DNA of 64,000 nt from NCBI GenBank assembly GCA_051294375.1, contig CM119270.1, positions 7,280,564-7,344,563 of the forward strand, in the 5' to 3' direction. A model generated the notes under the pieces. It was not told the DNA's origin. It made no database searches and saw nothing but the letters and a program-made list of their open reading frames with translations. Positions 11,067 to 21,548 of this stretch are shown here, piece by piece (positions within the stretch are counted from its first letter, which is position 1; the number at the start of each line of letters is the position of its first letter). The position numbers and the translations under genes are program-made. This DNA is from Paraspadella gotoi. Its lineage: Eukaryota; Animalia; Chaetognatha.

Positions 11067-13765
11067 NNNNNNNNNNNNNNNNNNNNNNNNNTCTCTCTCT
11101 CTCTCTCTCTCTCTCAAAGGGAACCTCAAATCCGGCGGTGACGACAAAGAAAAACGCGGCATCACCATCGCTCATCCGACGCCGACGCCGACGCCCAAGC
11201 CGCCACCGACCCCGCCTTCGAAGCAGACGCCTAAGACGACGCCGGCCGCGACGCCGAATCTTCCGCCGCGCCCTCCGGGTCGCCCATCCTCAGCGCCTCC
11301 GGCTCGGCCACCGGCTGGCCACACGTCCCCGGCTAGGCCCTCCTCGGCCGGCAGTCCATCTTCTACGAAGACGACGCGCGGAGGCTCAGACCACCTTGGC
11401 CGGGCTGGGTCAGATGGCGCTGTTGGCCGGCGGGCTCGAGGAAAGACTCAACGTCCACGATGCTCAGATCAAAATCCTCGTCAAGTTCCGCAACGCGATG
11501 GTGCAAGGAGACCTTGTGGGGAAGATGATGAAGATGTTGGCGAGCGGAGGGTTGGACGTCGTGGGGGAGATGGCCGCGATGTTGAAGGGAAGAGGTCTGG
11601 AGGCGCTCAGGCGAGAAAGGGGGGGGGAGAGATTATAATGCGAGTGAAACTCGGAGTGCTGTGAACGAACTGAGAGTTGTAACGATAATGACGAAGTACT
11701 CATTTGATTGATTAATTGTGTTTTGAATCAATATTACTTAATATTTTGAGAGTCTAACATTGCTGAATGCATTCAGTTGAATCAAGCATTCAGCATTCAA
11801 CTGAAAAAATATTCAGTGTGACAATCGCTATGAAATTCATTTAATGAGATTCTGTGGCAGCAAGACTTAAAGCTGCCTCACTGCTGTCCGTCCTCAACTT
11901 CGTCTAAATGGCTGAGCAGGCAAAATTATCTCGTTTCAACCGGGTTCAATCCCTGGGTATCCCGGTTATGGCTTAAATATGACCGAGCCGGTCTAAACAT
12001 GCCCGCTCGCTCTCACTATGGCAATGAGATCAACACCTTTTCTCAGACATCTCCTCAGGATTGATTCCCCTGGGGAGAAGTCTGGTGAGGGGATCCTGTG
12101 GCAGAACGACTTAAATCTGCCTCAATGCTGTCCGTCCTCAGCCTCGGCTCAGTGAGCAGGCTAAATCATCCCATTTCAGCCGTGCGTCCCAGATTCAATC
12201 CCTGGATATCCGGTTCTGGCTTAAATGTGACGGAGCTGGTCTAAACAATGTAAACATTTAAACATGTCAGTGATAGGAGGCGGTCACTGAGGGTCCGCAG
12301 CCCCTACGCCAGTTGGTGAGATTCCCGTAACACAGGCAATCCTCCCATTGCCATAATTCTATGATTGGGAAAATTTAACATCTGAAATGATGTCTGTCAA
12401 ATGGTTCTTTTCCAGACATATCGTGCAAGCGGAGCAAGAGGAAGGCGGCGGCGTCGACGCCGTCAAACACGAGATCGAAGATTTGACGGACCACTTGGCG
12501 GCGAATCAGGAGGAGACGCGTCGAGAGGTCGAGGACGTCAGGCGGGAAATGGACGAGATCATCGAGACGTCGACCGCGATCAAGACGGAGATTCTGCGCC
12601 AGCAGACGCTCATCAAGGAGTTGACCGCCAAAGTCAGCGACCTCAGCCACGAGATCCGAATCTTGAAGGAGCAGGTGGTCCACTTGGAGCAGGTCAAGGC
12701 CGACAGGCTCTGGGCCATCATGGAGCTGAACAATAAGATGAATATGGCGCTGCTACCGACGCTGGTTCGGCAGGAGCAATTTCAGTTGAGAGGGAGATGG
12801 GTGGAAGATGCTGGGGGGAAGGGTGTTGAACTAGAAGCTTATGGATGAGTTGGTGAGGATGAAGATTGAAGAGTGGTTTTTTTAAAAGGGAACCAGCTAT
12901 TGAATGTGAAAAGAGAAAAGAAGAGATGAAGGAAATTTGAGAAAAAAATATTAAATTGTGGCAACACGCAGCAACACGCGACCTCATCCGATTATCTCTC
13001 TCTCCCAATCACTGGCCGATCACCGGTCACCACCACTCTCTACCGGCTGTCCTCAGCCGGTCTCTCTGTAAAGTTTATTGTTATGGTTTTTAGACTTTGC
13101 ATTATTTGGAATTGATGTCTGTATTATTCGTTGGTGAATAAATTATTCTCGATCTGAACTTCGTCTCTTTAATACCGCCACAAAATTGTATTTAAAGTAA
13201 TAATCCAACGACCAATAAATTTATATTAGTTTTGTCCTCTACTTATAAAAATATAGTAATGGGTATAATATGAAAAATATATTTAATATACATGTGGATA
13301 AGGCGCTAAGTGGTTTTTCCATCAAAACTTAATGATTTTATGTTGAGGGCTTTTTTTGTTTATTAACATTTTTCATTAACGTCGAACACACTTCCTCCCA
13401 CCTCAAATGTCCTCGCGCGCCCTCTGCCCTCATTTCCCCAGGAGAACCTCCGCGAGGTTGGAGCGAGTTTGGCCGACTTGGCCGACAAACAGACCGCGAC
13501 GGAGACTCTCCTCGAACAGCACGTGACGGAGACCTTCAACGCTTTGAACCTTCGCCTCCCGATTCGCGTCTTCGAAGAATTCAGGACGCGTGACGAGCCG
13601 CTTGGAGAAACTGCAGAGGATGCTGTACGAGATCCTCGGCATCACCAACGGAGAAGAGGACGGAGCGTTTTAAAGTTGTTCAGGTGATTGCTATTGGATT
13701 ATGTATTTTGTGTTTGAAGGTCGTTCCTAAACCATTTAGTTATTCAATTATTATTATTATTATTA

Positions 13766-13842
<77 letters not shown>

Positions 13843-14205
13843 TGTTCGTTTCGAGGAACTTATTTAGTTTCAATACTTTATTTCTTTTAAATCCACTTTA
13901 AATTTTCCTTCAACATCCTTTCTTTTTCTTTCTTGCTTCTATCTTTAATTCCTTTCTCTCGTGGTCTTTTTCACTTACCCTTCCTTTAACCTACCTTTCC
14001 TCTCCTCTGTTTATTTCTAATTTCCCTAAGGACCCTAACACTTCCCTCCTTCCTCCAGATATCACTGCGGATCGTGCGACCGTCCCGTCCGCATGGTGAA
14101 ACAAGCCAAATGTCCCACGCTTCCTGCGATGGCCGGACTCAACTCCTCCAAGTCTGCTCGTCCGTACGCGGTGTTCGGACAGTCTCAAATTCGCCGGAAT
14201 ATCAG
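9310..14205 (+). CDS. QRICH2/C16orf96-like coiled-coil protein with DUF4795 (multi-exon, 3' end unresolved)
   Basis: N-terminal VDMALGSPETGCCNLNLLH, MWTMMKMKK, VTWGALDE, coiled coil with LEQVKADR, and C-terminal FRYHCGSCDRPV..LP..S.RPY motifs recalled for this family; exons near 9310, 9743, 10210, 10591, 11120, 12416, 13442, 14059. Confidence 0.7.
11853..12355 (+). mobile_element. TRIM family 1 (miniature LTR retrotransposon with tRNA-like Pol III boxes in the LTR), internally deleted
   Basis: Two LTR copies starting tgtggcag (11853, 12097), purine tract ggtgagggga before LTR2, end ttgccata, 4-bp TSD ATTC (11849-11852 / 12356-12359). Confidence 0.85.
12957..13182 (+). mobile_element. Solo LTR (second copy at 23922-24146)
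   Basis: TGTGGC...GCCACA termini, internal AATAAA, 4-bp TSD AAAT. Confidence 0.8.
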
Positions 14206-14760
14206 GTTTTTGACGGTTGATTTTTGTGTGTGTGTGTGTGTGTGTGTAATTTAAGTAAACTCGCTAAAGGAGGGCTGGAAGACTAAGCTAATGATAATTT
14301 TTTTTAAATGAGCAATAATTCACCGACTTGTAATTTAAAAAAAACGCTCAAAAGAGTACATTTTCTGTTTAAAAAAATATATAAATCAACTTTTTATACA
14401 ATATTTTATGCAAAAACATAATCAGAGCATAAAATGAATTATCAAAAAATAATAAGAGATCGAAACGACGAAATTAATGGAATTTTCTGAAATTTGATAT
14501 AACTTAGTAAATTTATCAATTTAATGATTCAAAACTCAAAGTTCTTTATTTCGTCTCCTAATTCTATTCGTCATCATTATTTCAATAATTGGTCAATTCT
14601 TTCCTCTTAATTCTTGGCGTGATGCCGAGAAACTTCAAGAAAAAAATTTTAATTTATTATACAAAAATATAACTTATAAAATGTTGTAAGCAGTAAGCTT
14701 CCTAAAACATTTTTATAGGTCCTTATTTTCATATTTTAAGAGTTAAATTTTAAATAATTT

Positions 14761-17700
14761 TGTATTGGCGTTCGCGGTGCGCAACGCGGGCGTCGCCGTA
14801 GGGGCAGGACGGCTCAACGTTCGACGGCAGAGATTTCGACATCCGAGTCCCAAGTTTCCTGATTCGCGACGGAACGTCGCGACGACGACGACAACGATTA
14901 ATATGAAGAAGAAAGCAAATATCTGGGTTATTTTTAACGTTTGAAATTTAGGAAAAGTGAGAGGCAGTTGCCTCGTTAAGCCGCGACGTCGAACGTTTTC
15001 ACGTGATTTTAAGGTGTTGCTTTTAAGGTGTTGTTTTTAAAGTGTTTTTAACGTTTTTAAACTTTGAACTGTTTTTATACATGTCGCCAATTATTTCAAT
15101 ATCAATAAAACATTTTTAAAACATCGTTGAATTCTCGGTCGTCTCATAAAGTCAGAAAAAATTAGAGGCAGCTCAAACAGTGAAAACGAAGCGTCATTGT
15201 CCAGTGAAAACGAAGCGTCATTGTCCAGTGAAAACATGGCGTTTAAATGAATAAAAACGAAAAGACCGACCGGCGGAATCAAAACGAACTTCCGCCGATT
15301 AAAATGATTCGTCCTCGCGTCTCGCCGATGTGAAAGGACTGTCGTGAGAGACTGAAACAAAAAACGTCGCTTCGAAAATTCGTGCGCTACGGCCCTTGAT
15401 TGATGCCGGAGATCTCAAGAACCCCTCGGCCTACGACTTCGACGCCAAAGCAAACAAACATTCGAAAATCAGCGGCAACGACCGCAAAGGCGCCGGTCTA
15501 TCTCACGCTTTCTCTCGGCGACCCCTTAGTGCGCGACGGCGACTTTAAAGATACTGGATGATGCAGAGGATCGTCGAGCGTGCCTCCGATCCTCAGAAGA
15601 TTTGACGGCTGATTCACTTCGCCGTGGATGTGACATCAACTTTGAAAAGATAAGTCTTATTTGAAATAGAATTGAGAGAATTTCCTATGAGTATGACTGG
15701 TGGATGGTTTTCCATCTTCTCTTCTGATCCTTGGACTCCTGATGCAGTAAGGCCTAAGGTGAAGGTTACCAATCACTGACAAGGAGTTTGAGGTGCCGCT
15801 GCAGATGGAGGAAGAGGCTTTGAATGAGAGGGATGGTGGATCAGCCCGGTCTGGCTCTGGAGTAGTTTACCTGGCTCTGACGGGAGCATCAAGGTCAGTA
15901 CGTTCCTTGAAGAGAGCATTATACGTGGCTGAAAATAGAGCCAGATTGGATAGAGAATTGCATATGTTTAATTAAGAAAGAGAGGGAGGAACAGGTGGCT
16001 GCAATTAGGCAAAGGGCCGAGATTGAGGCTCATGAAATAGAAAAAAGAGGTGAACTTATTGATAGACGCACAGAATTGGAGAATGAAAAGGAAATAGCTG
16101 AACTGAAAGCTCAATTGATTGAACTTGAACCAGATAAAGTTAATGAATTTCCTCTCCTTGTAGAACCTCAAACTGTAGATGTCTTGGTCGCAGACTTGGC
16201 AGTCAAAGAACTCGTCTGTGGCCAACAAGAGGGCGAGATGCCGGGTCTATTCAGCAACATCCTGTGGACCCGTCTGCTTCAGTGGAGATTGTGGATGCTG
16301 TCGCTGGCAACCTTTCTGCTGAAGTGGGGATACAAACCGAAATGGACATGGATTCTGGAAACACTAACAGTCAGGTGTAGCTTATTGAATCCTTTGGCTG
16401 GGGTTGGGCTCCTCAAAGGCACCTATTGAATCCCTTTTCCCTTGGTTTCAGTGAATGCGGCAGCTGTGGCTTGTGGAGCAGTTCAGCCTGCGGTTCCCAA
16501 CAGTTCATGACCTATCAAGACTACGCCTTGCTGCATATGGTTGGCGGCAGCACTCTCCAAAGGAAGCCGTCCTACTTCAGGCTTAAACAAATGGCCAGGT
16601 TATTCCAGCAGGATGTGAGCCATTTCTGAGAGAGTTTTCTTTACATGTTGAGAGTGTTCCTGGTATGTCAGGTCATGATAAAATTTTTGAATTGTTGGAA
16701 TGGACCAAGGGTGCTGCCAATGCTGGCCATCCAGGAATTTAAGATGTACACTGATGGTGATCAGGCTCTGGAGCTTGCGAAGGCAAGATTAAGAGAACAT
16801 TGGGGATACCAAAAGTGCACTGCACTAGATAAATTGGAAGAAGCTGCTGAAGAAGTGGTGAGCTTAATAGCTTCAGGACCATGATGGTCTACGCGAATTT
16901 TGTTGGGATCTTCAAAGGATGGCAAAGATTGCTGAAATCAATGGTGATTTACAAGGAGTTTGACTCCATAGATATCCTGAGAGGCTCATTTGAAAGGCGT
17001 GTACCCTTCATAGAGAGGCTGGAAAAGGATATCATCAATAAGTTGTCTGTACGCAAAATAGACCTGCTGGTTTTGCTGTTTTTGTTTCTTTTCTTAAGGA
17101 CATCGTCATGCAGATGGAATCCCCTTTGCAGCAATCACCAGCAGCAAATCAATGACGGGACGACTTAATCTGCTAAGTTTGACGCCATCCAGGCAACTGT
17201 GGATAACGAGGATCAGCAATCCTGCAGCATCTGAAGGATCCCAGGAGCTGTTTGGCGGAGAGCTTGAGCAGCAGGAGCAGTCAGGAAATGGAGCAGGAGT
17301 CTAGAGTATGTCATCGTCTCTCCTGACTGCTAAATCAATGCTGCAGAAGAATAGATCGCGCTGTCAAGCATGTAGTCATGTAATCATGCTATATTTAATT
17401 GCCCTTTGTTTATAATCTAAATCTTGTGCCTGACCGAGTCCTTCAGTTGCAGATCAACAGAAGCTGTTTCAGGTGTTTTGTGGCGTGGACATATGCAACG
17501 AGACTGTTGGCAAGAAATGTATGTAGAATAGGCCGGAACAGGTTGAAAACTAGAAGTTCTCTGCAAATAAATAAATGATAAAGTGAGCTGTTAGAGAATA
17601 TGAAAATAAAAATAATTTTAAAAAATTATCTTTATTAATAAGCGCAGTGAGAGCATTTTAAAGATTATTTTAATTACTATATAAAGTTAAAAATTTTTTT

Positions 17701-20284
17701 TGAAATTTTTTATTAATTTTTAATTGATTCTGATAGAGCTTTTAAAAGTTAGATAAAGGTTATTAATACAATATTTTTAAAATTTTTTTTGTTTTATTGA
17801 TTAAAAATTTTAAAAAACTATAAAATTCATCCAATGATGATGATGAGAAGATTTTTAAACGTTTTTTCTGTTTTTAAACGCAATTTCTGTCAAAATTTTG
17901 AAAATTGTAAGTACTAAACTTTCATTTACTTTTCAAGCTCTATAGGAATCCGTTCTTAGAAAAACTAATTTTTAAAAAAAAAAATTTTTGTCATTTGTTA
18001 TATATTAATAAATATTTAAAAGGCTTCAGTGCAACAACCCAATGAACTAAATTCAAAAGTTGCCATTGAAAATCGGATTGGAGTAATAAAGGAAAAAAAA
18101 GGAATTTTTTTGGAAGAATAATAAAGTTATAAAAGTGTTCAATTTGGCCCGCCTTAAATGTTAGAACCTGTAATTCAGACCAACACCACACTTTTACTTC
18201 CATCATGATGGTGCCTTATGGGTGGACTGCGGCCGGGAGTACAACCCAGTCCTGACCAGTTTTGTCTGCCTTAGTCCACGCCTGGATAAGGAGAAGCCAA
18301 CTTGTTGGCCAAACCCGGGTTCCAGGCGGGACTTTGGTGACCCACCTCTGGAAGAGATGGCGAAATGGTTCAAAGAAAAGATTGACAACGGTCTTGGCAT
18401 TAGATTCAGTTCTTGGGGTTGTCATGGGTGTTGCATCGATGCCTTGCCTTCCCCCTGGGCTGGTATCTGCTAATGGAGGGGATTTGCCGAGGCAGCATGG
18501 CCTGAAAGTATTCCCCTGAAAATGAAATGAGTCAGAAGGAGAGCTGCAAAGCTCTAATGGAAAGATTCAGTGCCAGACGACAACAGAAAAGGCTGACCAA
18601 CGAAATGACATAAGAAATGATGACTGACAAACATTACAGTCAGAAAAAGGCACTTGTAAGAATTGTTTGAAAGACTTAGACTCTGAAAGATAGAAACGAA
18701 CGCACAAGGTAGAATTTTTGTGTCGGAAGGAGAACCTCCGCTTGTCAACAGGAAGGGGAGAGCCTAAATCCACAAGGGTTGCTGGACGGCACGGAGTTTT
18801 TTTCTTCGCCTTCCCCCCTTCAAAAAATTAATTCAATGGAAGCGCCAACGGCGGGCGCCATAAAGTTTTAAGGATTTGTATTTTTATTTTGATTTAGATA
18901 AAACTTTTGTAGTTTATTTGATATTGTACGTTTTTGTTCTTTCTTGAGTTTGATTTTACAGAGGATACCCGGATTCGATTATTTAATTCGAATTTTAATT
19001 TAGAAACTGAATTTAATTTTTACCTTGATCTGAAAAGATTCTTTTTTAATGAACAGATGACGGCGAGCGAATCCAGAAACCATCGCCGCGAAATTTTTAC
19101 TTTGATTAGGCATTCGAATCCCGACTTGAATGGCGATGGAAAAATTTCCTATATTTTCTTAACGGAGGGGGAATTTTGTTTTAAAGGCGAATTTGTATTT
19201 AGAATTGCATGCCCTTTTTAATTTTCAATTAATCATTTTTAAGTTCAATTTCCCACGTTTAAATTTGCCCATTTTTAACCCATAGGTTGAAGGCCTAAGC
19301 TTTTTCTGTATCTTTTATCTTTTCTATTTTTTTTAGGAAAATCCAGACTAATTGAGCCAGTTTTTTGTTTATTTTTTATTTTTTTGCATGCAGATTATAG
19401 CGTGGAAGACAAGAAGATATTCGACAAGCTGTGAAATGAATCCTTTTATTTAAATATGTAATGTATTATTCAGGTGACAAGGTGACATTTTTATGAAACT
19501 TAAGATTTTATTGAACTGAATGTTATTTGATTTTTAAATTGAATCGTTATGAAAATTAATTAAATTTAATTGTGTTAGTTGCTACTACCCCGCAACTTAG
19601 TTGGTGGCAAACGTGACTTTTCATTGACTGATTAATCTGTTTTTTTCCCGAAGTCCAGGTTTAAAATAGAAGTTGTTAAGAATAAGCTATAAGATTTAAG
19701 ATTTGAAGATTGAATTGTTAATCCTTTTCTCCAAATTAGGTCATGAAACTGTATTTTGAAATTGAATTAATCAATTTTTAGTTCAGGCTTGAGATAGTTT
19801 GAGAATTCGATTAATTCTCTTTCTAAGGCCGGTCTCTGACGTAGGTCATGGACCGAGGAGCTTCCCTACGGCGCCCTGATCGAAAGGCTCGAATGGAGGG
19901 GTGTATTGGTCGCGGTCAAGCGTCGCAGAAAGTGGGGTGGCGCACGGACGCGGTGCACCGGTCCGTCCGTTCCGAGGAGTCGCAGGACGGTCCATTAATA
20001 TGAAGAAGATAAGCAAATATCTGGGTTATTTTTAACGTTTTAGAATTTAGGAAAAGTGAGAGGCAGTTGCCTCGTAAGCCGCGACGTTCGAACGTTTCAC
20101 GTTGATTTTAAGGTGTTGCTTTTAAGGTGTTGTTTTTTTAAAGTGTTTTTAACCGTTTTTTAAACTTTGAACTGTTTTTTATACATCGTCGGCCAAATTA
20201 TTCAATATCAGTAAACATTTTTTAAAACATCGTTGAATTCTCGGTCGTCTCAATAAAGTCAGAAAAATTAGAGGCAGCTCAACA
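14761..20284 (+). mobile_element. BEL/Pao-type LTR retrotransposon, gag only (no pol detected)
   Basis: LTRs 14761-15179 and 19902-20284 (TGT...ACA), PPT aatggagggg, 5-bp TSD AATTT, empty site at 25738-25742; gag fragments 15.9-17.55 kb: ELENEKEIAELKAQL, DUF1759-like segment, Cys/His knuckle remnants at ~17360-17520. Confidence 0.85.
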
Positions 20285-20731
20285 AAATTTAAAATATATT
20301 TTGCCAATACTTTCCGACATACCAAAATAAAAATCGTCATCACCAGCAGTTTTTCATAGTTTTTTACACTAAAAGACAGTTGCTTAAAAGTCATTTTTAG
20401 GATCTTGAATCCACCACTTCCTTAATAGTGAAACATATAGGAAAATAAGTATAAGAGTGAGAGTAGAGAGAGAGAGAGGGAGAGAGAGGAAACGAAGATT
20501 AGAAATGCGATGATTAATTAATCTCTCAGCGACCTTTGCGTCCGACAACCGCGGTTTTTTGGGGCAGAATGAAGGATCGAATTATTTCTTGTATTTTCAA
20601 AAGAAAGTTTCCTATTTAATCCTCTGGTCATGGCCGTCAATTATTATTGGTGATACTTTTTTCGTCATAGTGCTTGTGTGTTTTGGCAATTTACTTATGT
20701 AGTGGGCCGGTTGCCAAGTTCACGACACGAA

Positions 20732-20956
20732 TATAAGCATGAAAACTTTTAGTTGTGACCCGGTGGCTAATTGAGTAAAGCCATCAGCTCATGACCTCTA
20801 GGTCTGGTTCAATCCCAACCCGGTAACCCACCCTGCGGGAAGCGTGAGGATGGCCGTAAACCGCCTTGGGGTGCGTGGCAAACCCTCAACCCTGGTTCCA
20901 GCCCAGGACCCGTTCCATGAGGTGCCTTTTACTTAGCGGCCTAATCCACGCTTATA
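20732..20956 (+). mobile_element. tRNA-derived SINE-like repeat or solo LTR (allelic copy 26170-26389)
   Basis: A box TGGCTCATTGAG and B box GGTTCAATCCC (as read in the 26.2-kb copy); ends tataagcatg / cacgcttata are imperfect inverted repeats; no clear TSD. Confidence 0.65.
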
Positions 20957-21094
20957 AATATGTGAATAACTCTCATCGACTTTGGCGTGTTTTATAGAGT
21001 GATAGAATAGAATTTGCTTCCCACCAAGTTCTTTGGCTTAAGTGAAAAATCACACCAACTTTCCAGATTTTATTGGTTAATTATATAGTCGTGT

Positions 21095-21548
21095 TGAAGA
21101 GGCTGGTTTTACAGGCGCCACACCCGCAGCGGTGTCACCTCGTGGCGACGCGAGACAGCATGTTCATGAGTCCAGAGCTTTGGATCTGGCAGTAGGCCCT
21201 GCCTACAGGCGGGTTACCCAGTCCATCCCACTTTCTACATGACAAACCTCCAGGGCTCGAACCAGGGACGCACATTGGGATGGTGCATTAGTCCACTGAG
21301 CCACCGAGGCGCTGCGAAAGCAACAGCTTTAATTTATCTGTGGTATAGACCACCAGACAGCCGCCCCCAGGACTCTCGCATATGAGAGTACGAAGCAGGG
21401 GATGAAGCGCATGTCTCTCCGCTGAACCTCTCTCATTCTGGTGGCCTTGCTTTGAGTGCAGCTGTGTAGCTCAACCACATCAAGGGCAGAGGAGTATATC
21501 ATGCCCGGGTTGCGTGTTCGGCGATCACGTCGGGCTCACCATTGAAGA
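21095..21548 (-). mobile_element. TRIM family 2: tRNA-Trp PBS, short internal region, PPT and LTR with tRNA-like head; 5' LTR truncated
   Basis: Minus strand: tcttca-a-TGGTGAGCCCGACGTGAT (PBS 21541-21524), PPT gagagtcctgggggcggc, LTR 21359-21095 TGT...TCTTCA with A box TGGCTCAGTGG and B box GGTTCGAGCCC; absent at the matching site ~26516 in copy B. Confidence 0.8.

Larger units (their letters stand above)
11263..21094 (+). repeat. Copy A of duplicated locus (contains the BEL/Pao insertion)
   Basis: 11263-14760 plus 20286-21094 align with 21549-26516. Confidence 0.9.

Noticed and set aside
15178-15237. Short direct repeats resembling a CRISPR array
   Set aside because: Repeats abut with no spacers, lie inside an LTR element, and the DNA is eukaryotic
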